Made by a program: the position numbers and the translations under genes. DNA of 64,000 nt, from positions 12,214-76,213 of the forward strand of contig JAYTCK010000013.1 of assembly GCA_043736515.1 (NCBI GenBank), read 5' to 3'. The DNA comes from a bacterium (GTDB lineage Bacteria > Patescibacteriota > Minisyncoccia > Phycocordibacterales > UBA6899). Positions within the stretch are counted from its first letter, which is position 1; each line of letters starts with the position of its first letter. Shown here in pieces: positions 1 to 9,661 of the stretch. Under the pieces are notes generated by a model. That model was not told the origin of the DNA, made no database searches, and was given only the letters and a program-made list of their open reading frames with translations.

Positions 1-2883
1 AGTACCCATCCACACCGCACTTGGTGCCACCACCGTCTCGTCCCCATCGAGCGTTGTAGAATTAATGCTGCGATCAAGCGTTGCGAGTTTGCATAATATA
101 ATCTGACATGAATAACGAATATCTTTAATAGTATCAACCCCCCACCCAGCAATCTGCACCACCTGCATTCCCGGAGGCGGCACCCATGCATCTATGGTTG
201 TGTGCATATCTCTCGCATTCGAAAGCAATGAATCCTTGAGCACGTTCGGAACATCACGCTCATTATCCGCAGGCTCACTCCATGTGCCACCTTGACCACG
301 GAGGAAGTATTCGAGTGCGGCTGCTGTGCTCACGGTCGTACTTGCAAGAGCATGTAATTCGCTTAACTCGCTCACGCTTTCATCAAAAATAATTACCGGA
401 GATTGCACCGTAGTGAAATAGTGTGCAGATGGAAGCAGATTGTACGCACTCGGCATATGCTCACCAAGCATTCGCGCTTCTTGTTTCGTGAGAATAATTC
501 CTGCACCAAGATTTGCTTCATCACCATGCAGCAAGCCGGCAATCGCCTTGGGTGTTCCTAACTGTGGTGCGGCAACCATAATAACAGTATCAATCTTCTT
601 TTCGAATGGATCATGATTTTCTGCCAATTTTGCAAGGAAGTATTTGGCGAGCAAGCCGCCATTTGAATGTGTGACGATGGTCACCTTGCCTGTATCGGAA
701 GTGCCCGCAAGGCGGTGAAGTTCCTGAATGAGAAATGGGGTTGTGGTGCTTTGGAGATATGAAACATATGCACCTGTTTTGTTGCCACTCTTTAATAATT
801 CAGGAAAATCAAGACGCCAGTCATACGGCAAAGCTTTCCATTCATTAATCATTCCGGCACCCACAACATCTTGCTTCATAAAATTAATAAAGTTTTTATA
901 GACGTTCACGCCATAGACTTCGTCAAGCACACTTTTTTCAGGTAATCCATCCAATGTGACAATATCAGTATTAATAGATGTGCCGTTGGGGTTGAGATAC
1001 AGTTGAGTGTTGTCACCGAATGTCGGAGGATCCCAGATTTGCGTTGCGGGAGAGGTGCTTGCGCGGAACAGTCGTGACGCCTCAAGTCCCGGCAAGAATG
1101 CAACATTCGAATATCCTGTTTTAAAGGAAAATTGATTTTCCGTGGCAGTTGGTATTGTTGTCGTTGCACCACCGACAGCGGCAGTGAAGGAGTAGTTGTA
1201 TGTGTGTTTTGCAAACGTGAGTGGATGATAATAACTGAAGAGTTCACCATTACGATAGTCCCCGTCTTTGAGTGTTGTTGATGCAGTTGTTGTGTCTCGA
1301 GTGAGCGCCATGATTGTGGGGATCGATGATACCGGATTTGCAACCTCAAACACAGGAATAACCGTAGCGGTTATATTCTCCGGTGCACGATTCCCTGCGT
1401 CAGTATAAATAACAGAAAACGTGAAATGCGTTTTCCCTGCAGTGCCCTTGTGATCCTGAATCCCGTCATCTTCATAGAGACCTTTGAGAGTGTCGGTGGC
1501 AAAGGAAAGTCTGGGTACTTGAATGACAAGAGCTTTCCACCCATCCTTCACCGTCCATGGGAGGTTGTCCTGTCCGATCGTGTACATGCGAGGTGTATCA
1601 CAAAAACCATCCGTGTTTGAATCATTGCATCCCTCTGGTGGTGTATCGAACGTATCCCAGTAATTGCCACCATTTGGATTAGCTATATGAAACACGTTTC
1701 CCACACCGGCGTAATTCACGGCGTGCGCCCCATTATTCAAAAAATTATTATTATAGACTTGATTCCCTATTGCAGGGGAGAAAATCATAAGCCCCGTGTT
1801 TTGATTGTCTCGTATCGTATTCTCGTGCACCACATTGTTGGATGAAGTAAAGAAGAGCACTCCTTGGTATGTACGAGAAATGTTGTTGGACAGGAAACTG
1901 TTGTTGTTTGAATTAAAGAGAAGTATCCCTTGATATACATCGGAAACACTATTGGATATAAAACGATTATTATTCGAACCAGAGTAGAGCAGGACTCCTT
2001 GATGTCCTGGGCGTCTTTCGAGAGTTCCTAGGTTAATCGCATTGTTTTCAAATAAATTATCAAGAGAACTGAAGAGCGCAAATCCTTGATTGCGATAGAT
2101 TACCGGAACAGTGAGCAACACGGTGTTCCCTGTTATTGTGTTCGCACTTGAAGAGTAAAAGACTATTGCCTGATAGTCATTGTTAGTGAAGTTATTATTC
2201 ACGATATGGTTGCTTAATGAACTGAATGCACTCACGCCATAAGAAAAATTACTAATCTGGAGGTTCTTGAGGGTGACATTTGTTCTGCCATTCAAATACA
2301 CCCCAGAGCCGGTATGGGATCCCGAGAGCGTGAAATTATTTCCATCAAGTGTGATGTTGTCGGAATCGATCTGGACGGTTTCGGAGAGATTTTGTGTAAG
2401 GGTGCAGATTTTTGTAATGTTGTCCCATATTCCCACAACAATACAATCTCCGCCCGTTGCATCGTCGCGGATGAACTTGGTGCTTTTGTGCGGTTGGATG
2501 AAGATGACATGGGGAATTAGGATATCTTGCGTGTATGAATATATACCCCTTTCGTCAGTATTGAATTGAGTGAGATTGTGATAGCTATCTTCGTATTTGT
2601 AGTATGTGGTGTTTGGAAGAAAGCCACCCATAGAGATGGTGGTCGCAGTGGAAGAGGAAGTCGTCGCATCGATCATGAGTGTCACAATGTTTGGAACAGA
2701 TTCGAGGCGGAGATCTATAAGTGCGGAACTTTGGAGGGTGATGTTGAGATAGTCACTGTCGGTGATGACAAAGTGTGTGCCCTCATCTTGGATCGTGCCC
2801 GGGGGGTTGATTGTTTCGGCGGAAGCAACACCGTGCATGAGCAAAGAAAGAAAGATCGACAGGGTGAAAATAATGCCACGCAT
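1..2883 (-). CDS. Large secreted protein, N-terminus at 2883, running off the window start (>960 aa). Signal peptide MRGIIFTLSIFLSLLMHGVASA, then right-handed parallel beta-helix repeats (NNNFTNNDYQAIVFYSS..., SNSVSDVYQGILLFNSNNNSF...), then a C-terminal alpha/beta-hydrolase (lipase/LCAT/PGAP1-like) region with nucleophile elbow VTIVTHSNGG
   Basis: Manual reverse-complement translation from the CAT at 2881-2883. The frame stayed open at spot checks 2761-2883, 1441-1500 and 961-1020. It is not in the ORF track because it is edge-truncated. Domain calls are from motif recognition only. Confidence 0.6.
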   Translation of the reverse strand, partial: MRGIIFTLSIFLSLLMHGVASAETINPPGTIQDEGTHFVITDSDYLNITLQSSALIDLRLESVPNIVTLMIDATTSSSTATTISMGGFLPNTTYYKYEDSYHNLTQFNTDERGIYSYTQDILIPHVIFIQPHKSTKFIRDDATGGDCIVVGIWDNITKICTLTQNLSETVQIDSDNITLDGNNFTLSGSHTGSGVYLNGRTNVTLKNLQISNFSYGVSAFSSLSNHIVNNNFTNNDYQAIVFYSSSANTITGNTVLLTVPVIYRNQGFALFSSLDNLFENNAINLGTLERRPGHQGVLLYSGSNNNRFISNSVSDVYQGILLFNSNNNSFLSNNISRTYQGVLFFTSSNNVVHENTIRDNQNTGLMIFSPAIGNQVYNNNFLNNGAHAVNYAGVGNVFHIANPNGGNYWDTFDTPPEGCNDSNTDGFCDTPRMYTIGQDNLPWTVKDGWKALVIQVPRLSFATDTLKGLYEDDGIQDHKGTAGKTHFTFSVIYTDAGNRAPENITATVIPVFEVANPVSSIPTIMALTRDTTTASTTLKDGDYRNGELFSYYHPLTFAKHTYNYSFTAAVGGATTTIPTATENQFSFKTGYSNVAFLPGLEASRLFRASTSPATQIWDPPTFGDNTQLYLNPNGTSINTDIVTLDGLPEKSVLDEVYGVNVYKNFINFMKQDVVGAGMINEWKALPYDWRLDFPELLKSGNKTGAYVSYLQSTTTPFLIQELHRLAGTSDTGKVTIVTHSNGGLLAKYFLAKLAENHDPFEKKIDTVIMVAAPQLGTPKAIAGLLHGDEANLGAGIILTKQEARMLGEHMPSAYNLLPSAHYFTTVQSPVIIFDESVSELSELHALASTTVSTAAALEYFLRGQGGTWSEPADNERDVPNVLKDSLLSNARDMHTTIDAWVPPPGMQVVQIAGWGVDTIKDIRYSCQIILCKLATLDRSINSTTLDGDETVVAPSAVWMGT

Positions 2884-3334
2884 AAAATAGTGAGCGGATA
2901 CTTGATAAAATGTATCCTTTAAGCTACTCAGAATTTACTGAAACGCAAGGAGTGGGATTTTCTATACTTTGCTCAGGACGCAGTACGACTCCTCAGGGGC
3001 AGTGCTTCAGGGAGTCCGAACCAGATGTTACAAATGCTACACCCAAAGCCCCATTCTGGAGGCAATCTGAGCGAGCAATTTTAAAATCGAAATGGCTTAA
3101 AATATAGGGATTTGACGAAAAAACGAGGGTGTACAATTAAGGTATATGAATACAAACAAAATGCCGCGATTCTCGGCACGTAAAAAGAACAAGGATCTCA
3201 TGACGCTTCTCCTTTCGACCGCCTCATTCCAAAATGAGGTCAAGGCACTCCGCAAACAATTCGGAATTAAGGAGGGGGGAAATAGCACATCTGAAGAACA
3301 CGAAAAATGAGAACGACTCTTTTGGGATAGTGCA

Positions 3335-4141
3335 ATGGATCAGAAGGCAGAGAGTGGGGATGGGCACACGAAGAGTGACGAGTACTTCAGGGCACTGAAC
3401 GACCTCACGAGAAGATATCACCTCCCAGGAAATTTCGATCGCCATACTCGATGTTACGTTGAAATGGGAATGATCTCCTGGCCAGTCAACAGCTTCGACA
3501 TAACGCCAGTGGGATTCCCTGCTCGTTCGTTTAGGTTGAACATCTATCTCCTCCTGCGTAATCCCTTCTATTATGGTGAATTTGAATATCCGATGGGGAG
3601 TGGTAATTGGTATCCCGGCAAACAAACACCCATTATCACCAAGGAACTTTTCGATAGAGTGCAGTCATCTCTTCAAGATCACTACATTCCAAAAACGGAA
3701 AGCAGGGAGTTCGCCTTCACGAAGCTCATTAAATGCGGGTACTGCGAGAGTGGCATCACCGCCGACGAAAAATTCAAGAGACTCAAAGACGGAGGAACAA
3801 ATCGGCATGTCTATTATATGTGCACCAAGGGCAAGGGTGTGGAGTGCAAGAATGCGCCGATCAATGAGAAAGACCTAATCGAAGAATTGACTGGGCTACT
3901 CGACACCATCGACCTCGACGAGATCGGAATGAGGTCAAAGATCGAGGACGAAATGGCCCGCTATAATAAATTCCGTATCGGCGTGCTCGGACTGAAAACG
4001 AAAGAGCGCAATACCGATGTCGATGTGCGCAACTACGCAAAGTACCTGCTCAAAGATGGCACGCTAACCGAGAAGCGCGAGCTACTGGTATGCCTCAAGA
4101 GTCAGCTCATTCTGAAAGATCGAAAAGTATCACTGCAATAG
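3335..4141 (+). pseudogene. C-terminal fragment of a large serine recombinase. It has the recombinase-domain tail (NPFYYGEFEY), a zinc ribbon (KCGYCESGITADE ... YYMCTKGKGVECKN) and a coiled coil. The N-terminal resolvase catalytic domain is absent
   Basis: ORF-track protein of 268 aa. No catalytic-domain sequence upstream at 3100-3334, which holds only a short unrelated ORF. Adjacent to tRNA-Gly and a duplicated tRNA fragment. Confidence 0.55.
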
Positions 4142-4157
4142 TCGAACAAAACAGAAA

Positions 4158-4190
4158 AACCGCTTCATGTTGAAGCGGTTTTTCTGTTCA
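4158..4190. terminator. Hairpin AAAAACCGCTTCA-TGT-TGAAGCGGTTTTT, bidirectional intrinsic-terminator-like
   Basis: Perfect 13-bp stem flanked by A/T runs, just after the recombinase-fragment stop. Confidence 0.5.
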
Positions 4191-4263
4191 TGCCAGCCTT
4201 GACGCATGCGATTCTCGACTGTGTGAGTCGCGATGCATCCTAGTCACTTGACTTAGCCCTGTC

Positions 4264-4337
4264 TGGTGCGGGATGGGAGAATCGAACTCCCACCAGAAGT
4301 TTGGAAAACTCCTATTCTACCATTAAACTAATCCCGC
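4264..4337 (-). tRNA. tRNA-Gly(UCC), CCA encoded
   Basis: Reverse complement GCGGGATTAGTTTAATGGTAGAATAGGAGTTTTCCAAACTTCTGGTGGGAGTTCGATTCTCCCATCCCGCACCA. Acceptor GCGGGAT/ATCCCGC, anticodon loop TTTCCAA, T-arm GGGAG-TTCGATT-CTCCC. Confidence 0.85.
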
Positions 4338-4385
4338 ATTATTGTCTTTTGCCTCACGATTCTCGAATCGAACCTCTTACAGAGG

Positions 4386-4474
4386 CTGTATACCTTTTGG
4401 ATTTTTCAGAAAAAACCTCAAAAGGTCTTGCGCTCTGGCTCCCGCAAAGCCGGGTTCCCAAATGCCAGAGCTCA
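4386..4474 (+). repeat. tRNA-associated structured repeat, copy A (~90 nt). Followed at 4475-4523 by an exact duplicate of the first 49 nt of tRNA-Gly(UCC)
   Basis: CTGTATACCTTTTGGATTTTTCAGAAAAAACCTCAAAAGGTCTTGCGCTCTGGCTCCCGCAAAGCCGGGTTCCCAAATGCCAGAGCTCA aligns with copies at 26783-26870 and 30203-30289. Compensatory changes in two stems. Confidence 0.7.
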
Positions 4475-4620
4475 CCCACCAGAAGTTTGGAAAACTCCTA
4501 TTCTACCATTAAACTAATCCCGCTTGCTTATTGTGAGACTTTCGTATCCTAGCAAATTGACAACAAGGTGGCAACGGGGAAAAATGAGTAGAGATGCACT
4601 TTTTATAATAAGGATGGGTC

Positions 4621-5433
4621 ATGCCAATGAAGACAAATCCGCTTTTGGATCCCGTGCGTGCAAAGAATATGTACCGGCTTATACAGGGAATTTTTGATTT
4701 TTGGAAGCTTTGTGTCAGTCACCGCTTACTTTTACTCGGAGTAGACCGGGCGACATGGGTAATGATGCAGCGAGAAAAAATGCTCCCACCGCGAGACGAT
4801 CTCGCATCCCGCATCGCGGCGTTAATCCGAATTTACCACATGAGTGGAGATATTTACCCGCGGGACTCTGATCTCGCCGCAAAGTGGATTGAGAGGCCAA
4901 TTTTTGTTGAACCCTTTTTGGGGGTTAATCCGCGCCAATTCATGCTTATGTATGTAACGAGAGATGGGGTAGAAGAACTACAGGTTATTATTGAGTATCT
5001 CAACAATTGTTTTACTCGTTGGGATTGCCTTCGCGATCAGCATGGAAGACTGCTGCGCTGTAATGACGAGTTGCGCATGAGTGAAGAGCCCATCGACACT
5101 CTTGCACAAATGATTCTTCGAATTCAAAACAGCTGGAAATTACCCGACTCGATATTTGAACACATCATTGGAGTAAGCATGGCCGAGGTCGCTGATGTGG
5201 CAATTGGGAAAAATATACCGCCATTGAAAGTGGCTACTCAGATGAGGAGAATTGCTTGTATTGACATCGCACTGTGGTGCAATGTAGAGGACGATGAAAA
5301 AATATCTTTGTGGATGCTTTCGTTAAACAGTCATCCCCTTTTTTGCGGAGCCCCGCCGTATCATCTCCTCTCTTCACAAAACCCGAGCGTTGCAAGGGTT
5401 GTCTATACTTACCTTCGCAATATTTCACCGTAG
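4621..5433 (+). CDS. Hypothetical protein. The N-terminal ~130 aa resemble the DUF2384 (Xre/MbcA/ParS-type antitoxin toxin-binding) domain. The C-terminal ~140 aa are unassigned
   Basis: Motif pattern LLLLGVDRATW...DDLASRIAALIRIYHMSGDIY...AAKWIERPIFVEPFLGVNPRQFM...GVEELQVIIEYL. No RES-domain partner seen. Confidence 0.35.
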   Translation: MPMKTNPLLDPVRAKNMYRLIQGIFDFWKLCVSHRLLLLGVDRATWVMMQREKMLPPRDDLASRIAALIRIYHMSGDIYPRDSDLAAKWIERPIFVEPFLGVNPRQFMLMYVTRDGVEELQVIIEYLNNCFTRWDCLRDQHGRLLRCNDELRMSEEPIDTLAQMILRIQNSWKLPDSIFEHIIGVSMAEVADVAIGKNIPPLKVATQMRRIACIDIALWCNVEDDEKISLWMLSLNSHPLFCGAPPYHLLSSQNPSVARVVYTYLRNISP

Positions 5434-5483
5434 CCTCGTGCTACGGCTTTTTCATTCTATGATATTCAGAGTATAATTCTTTT

Positions 5484-6818
5484 ATGTCTTCTATTTTTAA
5501 ATCCTATGATGTGCGTGGGCTGTATCCTTCAGAAATTAATGAGGAAATTGTTGAGAAAATTGGCCGTGCGTATGTGCTTCATACTCACGCAAAGCGTGTG
5601 GCTTTAGCAAGCGATAAGCGCGCATCATCACCATCCCTATTTGCGGCTTTAGTAAAAGGCATCACTGAAAGTGGGGCGAGTGTAATCGATCTCGGACTTC
5701 TTTCAACTCCAATGCTGTACTTTGCATCTTCCGCTTTAGATGTTGATGGGGCTATTATGGTCACTGCGTCTCATAATCCCGGAGAGTATAACGGCCTTAA
5801 GTTTTGCGAGAAGAATGCTGTGCCGATTGGCCTATCGAGTGGCCTTGCTCAAATTAGAGACCTTGTACTTACTGGAAACTTTGCTCCTGCACCCAATTTG
5901 GGAGCGATAACCTCGCAAGATATAAAGCCCGACTACGACAAACACATCGCATCTTTTGCCGACTTTAAGAATACACACTTTCACATTGCAACAGATACTG
6001 CACATGCGATGGGAGTGCTCGAGCTTCCCGTCTTGAGACAACTTCCGGGAATTGTGCTCACGGCTACGCTCTATGACACTCTTCAATTCCCAGGGGTGTG
6101 TCCTCACGAAGCAAACCCTCTTCAAACAGAAACACTGATCGAGCTCCAACATGCTGTGCGGAGCACAAAAGCAGACATGGGGATCGCATACGATGGAGAC
6201 GCTGATCGCATTGGTTTTATTGACGAACTCGGACGTGTCGTCCCCATGGACATTGTGACGGCGCTCCTAGCGCAAGCACTACTTCCAGAGCACAAGAACG
6301 GTGTAGTGCTCTATGATCTCCGCTCATCACGTGCAGTCAAAGAAGCGATAGAAAATGCTGGGGGTATCGCACATGAATCTAAGGTAGGGCACGCCAATAT
6401 AAAAAGACAGATGATAGAGGAAAACGCATTCCTTGCGGGTGAAGCATCAGGACACTACTACTTTGCACTTTCGGGATATCGGGCTGAAATGGGCACACTT
6501 CCTGCAATTCTTATCTTGAATTTAATGACACGAAACAAGAAAAAGCTCTCCGAACTCGTTGACTCAGTGCGACTTTATGCTCACTCTGGGGAAATAAATA
6601 TGGAGGTAAGCAATAAGGATGAAATTTTTGCGAAAATAAAAGCATCGTATGCAGATGGGAAATTATCCGAACTGGATGGGGTAAAAATCGAGTATCCTGA
6701 GTGGTGGTTTTCACTCCGCGCTTCGAATACCGAGCCATTAATCCGACTTAACCTTGAGGCAAGCACAAAAGAGCTCATGCAGCAGAAATTGGAGGAGGTG
6801 CTTGCGATAATCTCTTAA
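5484..6818 (+). CDS. Phosphomannomutase/phosphoglucomutase (alpha-D-phosphohexomutase family)
   Basis: Active-site TASHNPGEYNG, metal loop AYDGDADR, sugar-binding GEASGH. Confidence 0.9.
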   Translation: MSSIFKSYDVRGLYPSEINEEIVEKIGRAYVLHTHAKRVALASDKRASSPSLFAALVKGITESGASVIDLGLLSTPMLYFASSALDVDGAIMVTASHNPGEYNGLKFCEKNAVPIGLSSGLAQIRDLVLTGNFAPAPNLGAITSQDIKPDYDKHIASFADFKNTHFHIATDTAHAMGVLELPVLRQLPGIVLTATLYDTLQFPGVCPHEANPLQTETLIELQHAVRSTKADMGIAYDGDADRIGFIDELGRVVPMDIVTALLAQALLPEHKNGVVLYDLRSSRAVKEAIENAGGIAHESKVGHANIKRQMIEENAFLAGEASGHYYFALSGYRAEMGTLPAILILNLMTRNKKKLSELVDSVRLYAHSGEINMEVSNKDEIFAKIKASYADGKLSELDGVKIEYPEWWFSLRASNTEPLIRLNLEASTKELMQQKLEEVLAIIS

Positions 6819-6945
6819 CAAACTGTCCGGAAAAAATAAAACCCACATTGTTTATGCGGGTTTTATTTTTATGCATCGACTTTGAGATGCGCATCATTTT
6901 GATGATGCCTTCCAGGCCATTCTGATGGCCGTTTAAACTTATAGA

Positions 6946-7377
6946 TTAACGTTCCACTTGAATGACTTGTGTCAACTCTGCTGTGGGCGCCTTTACAACA
7001 ATACGATTTCCGGATGAGGTAGCAATCGTATAGCCTGTGTTATTAACGGAAGTTGATAAAGGATCAACGGGCATGCTAACAATGTAGCTTGGGACCAAGC
7101 CAGAGAGATCTGCGCATGATGTTGTTGCAACAGCGTTTGACTTACAGACCTGCTTATCAGTTCCATTAATTCCCGAAGGAAGTGCCCCGCGGTTGTCTAC
7201 TGCGTACTGATGTACTGCATTTAAAATGGCATTTACATTACTCCAGCGCTGAGAGTTGTTTGCCTGAGCAAATTGACGTGCGGGGTTAATTGCAACAACG
7301 ACAATTGCTGCGAGGATAGCGATGATACCGATAACCACGAGCACTTCAATAAGCGTAAAACCTTTATTTTTCTTCAT
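6946..7377 (-). CDS. Type IV pilin (prepilin with class III signal peptide)
   Basis: MKKNKGFTLIEVLVVIGIIAILAAI: G/F cleavage site, Glu at +5, hydrophobic N-terminal helix. Confidence 0.85.
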   Translation of the reverse strand: MKKNKGFTLIEVLVVIGIIAILAAIVVVAINPARQFAQANNSQRWSNVNAILNAVHQYAVDNRGALPSGINGTDKQVCKSNAVATTSCADLSGLVPSYIVSMPVDPLSTSVNNTGYTIATSSGNRIVVKAPTAELTQVIQVER

Positions 7378-7502
7378 GTCTCATATAAAAACTAATAAAT
7401 AATTCCTTAGATACTACCGTACATATACTATTCTACAGCACAGAAAGTGGGCATGAAAGGGCGAGAAGGGCATAAACTGTGCAAAACTCATCTAATCTGT
7501 AC

Positions 7503-8021
7503 TTAATGGCCGACCGATATGATATCTCCGTTTTCGGACAAAAGCGCTGTCACCATGATGCCGGTTTCGTCATGAACTAAAACTGCATATCCGCTTCCCA
7601 TTCCGTCCGCGAGTGTGTCAACGGGGAGTTCTTTGAGGTAGGCGGGAATAAGGTGAGAAAGGCTTACAAACCCGGCCTCACTGCACCGTGCTGCATCTAT
7701 ATGAGGATGACAAATTTCTTGAGCAGTCCCGGTGGCTCGAAGGAGAAGCTCCCCATTGAGCATTCTTTGGTACTCGCTCAAGCTATTGTGCAGCATATTC
7801 ACCTGACTCCACCGCTCGGCATTACGAGCTTCGGCAAAGGCATTCGATGGGTTCATGGTCACAATCGCAAGAGTTCCTAATACGAAAAATAAACTCACTA
7901 TCATGAGTACTTCAATAATACTCAACTTATGGGGTGACCCCTTAAGGAATGATCGTTTCCTCGGAGCGTAACGCCCTTTTTTTTGTGGTGCTTTGTGAAG
8001 TTGTAAAAAATTATTTATCAT
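7503..8021 (-). CDS. Pilin-like protein with a non-canonical leader
   Basis: N-terminal segment SIIEVLMIVSLFFVLGTLAIV is pilin-like, but it lacks a canonical G-F/M cleavage motif. Sits in the pilus operon. Confidence 0.55.
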   Translation of the reverse strand: MINNFLQLHKAPQKKGRYAPRKRSFLKGSPHKLSIIEVLMIVSLFFVLGTLAIVTMNPSNAFAEARNAERWSQVNMLHNSLSEYQRMLNGELLLRATGTAQEICHPHIDAARCSEAGFVSLSHLIPAYLKELPVDTLADGMGSGYAVLVHDETGIMVTALLSENGDIISVGH

Positions 8022-8026
8022 AAGTC

Positions 8027-9625
8027 TTAATTCTGAATTTCTTCAGTGTATTTTTCCGAAACCCACCCATCACCACGCTCGCTCAAATCAAGATGAATCC
8101 AATCTTTTTCTTGCCCGATCACTACATACTCTTCCTGCGGATAAATTTTTGTAACCGAATCAAATGTCGCACCCGGACCACTTCGCACATTGAGCCATCC
8201 TGTCGGAGTGTTGCGAATGCGTACTTTTGTCTCATTTGCAATTACTTCCGTAGACGTGGCCTCCTCTTCTGGGGTGATTTCTTCAACTACCATTTCGGTT
8301 GTTGTGCCCGTATTCAAATTCACTTCAGTCACAGGGGTGCTGGTACTAATGCCACCGCTTGACGCAGGTGCAATACGGGAAATATTTTGTTCACGCAGCC
8401 CCATGTAGGGAAGGTATAAATATGCATATGCGACATACGCAAAAAGGATCAAGCTTGCACCAAAAAGTGGAAGTGCAAGTTTTCTCCATTGTCTCAAAAT
8501 TTTTGCTTCACGCTCTTCCCACTTCTCTCCTTCCCATCCGTGAAGGAGATTAATCCCCTCATTTTCGGGGCTCGGTGAACGAGCGCGGAGCGAAAGCCCT
8601 ATCACGGGTGCATACAACACAGATTCTTGTTCCCCAAGGATTTGCGCTGCAGACTTAGAAAGTAGCGCTAGCGGATTACCAAGAACCACATCGCATTTCA
8701 AGTTCATCGCTAGGTATACCACAATGTCGGGTATAAGTGCCTCGCCGCCAGCCAAGACAACATTGGTCACTGCCTTGTGATATGTTGATTCAAAATAGCT
8801 TGTCGCCTTTGTTAATTGAGGCAGTATAAGCTGAAGCTGCTCTTGGAGTATAACCATGGAGCGATTGTCGGGAAGTGCGCGAGAAAGTCCACTCGTCCGC
8901 TTCAGTTCTTCGGCGTCTTCAAAACTCACGTGCAATCGATCAATAAGCGCGCGGGTAAAGTTGTTTCCTGCAATCGGCAGGCTGAGAGAGAGTCCAAGTC
9001 GGTGTTGTTCGTCAAAAAAACCCAACGTGGTGGTTCTATTTCCGATATCGATAATCATGCTCGCATTGCCGTCTTCAAGGAGAAGCGCGCGGGCCAAGCT
9101 TATTGTTTCCATGTCGATCGCAAGCGGAAGCAAATTGACATCTTCACATACCGCAATGTACGCATCAATGATCTCTCGAGGTGCCGCAGCAAAAAGGATG
9201 CGATCATTTCCCCCGACATTCTCCTCTGCAATATGCCAATCAGTATAAAGCGAATCAAGCGGGGCAGGAATAATTTCACCCGCCTTTTTTTGTATAGTTT
9301 TTGCAATATGCTCATCGGGCAGCGACGAGGAGACAGTAAAGAGGTGCGTAAAACTTTGTGACTCGGGGATAGAAAAAACAACAGGAACTTCTTCGTCGAG
9401 CCTGATTGGCTTAGGGAGCGCGCCGGCACAGGCCGCACGAATATGTTCTCCCAATTGTTTTCGGTCACGCACCAACCCCCCCTCGATAACACCTTGGGGC
9501 AGCGGTGACCGCCCAAACGACACAATCTCATTCTTTGAATTCAAACGTAAAACTGCACAGGTGCGGTCACTGATGTGGAGTGCAATTGGAGAAACGGTAA
9601 ATGATGAAAATGGAAACCAGCGCAT
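8027..9625 (-). CDS. pilM: PilM (actin-like pilus assembly ATPase fold) fused to a PilN-like transmembrane region and a C-terminal SH3b domain
   Basis: PilM-like core (IDIGNRTTTLGFFDE...), TM helix LALPLFGASLILFAYVAYAYL, C-terminal GWLNVRSGPGATFDSVTKIYPQEEYVVIG. Confidence 0.7.
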   Translation of the reverse strand: MRWFPFSSFTVSPIALHISDRTCAVLRLNSKNEIVSFGRSPLPQGVIEGGLVRDRKQLGEHIRAACAGALPKPIRLDEEVPVVFSIPESQSFTHLFTVSSSLPDEHIAKTIQKKAGEIIPAPLDSLYTDWHIAEENVGGNDRILFAAAPREIIDAYIAVCEDVNLLPLAIDMETISLARALLLEDGNASMIIDIGNRTTTLGFFDEQHRLGLSLSLPIAGNNFTRALIDRLHVSFEDAEELKRTSGLSRALPDNRSMVILQEQLQLILPQLTKATSYFESTYHKAVTNVVLAGGEALIPDIVVYLAMNLKCDVVLGNPLALLSKSAAQILGEQESVLYAPVIGLSLRARSPSPENEGINLLHGWEGEKWEEREAKILRQWRKLALPLFGASLILFAYVAYAYLYLPYMGLREQNISRIAPASSGGISTSTPVTEVNLNTGTTTEMVVEEITPEEEATSTEVIANETKVRIRNTPTGWLNVRSGPGATFDSVTKIYPQEEYVVIGQEKDWIHLDLSERGDGWVSEKYTEEIQN

Positions 9626-9661
9626 AAATCAAAATTGAACGAAGGAGAGCTAAAAAACAAA

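Noticed and set aside
906-2569. ORF-track entries 906-1349(-), 1426-1620(+), 2267-2569(+), 2292-2510(-), 2314-2520(+)
   Set aside because: They lie inside, or antisense to, the long open frame of the giant secreted protein that I traced by hand from 2883 downward. They are out-of-frame artefacts.
8816-9361. 181-aa plus-strand ORF and other ORFs antisense to pilM, pilB and cheA
   Set aside because: They are entirely nested antisense within well-supported genes and have no motif support.
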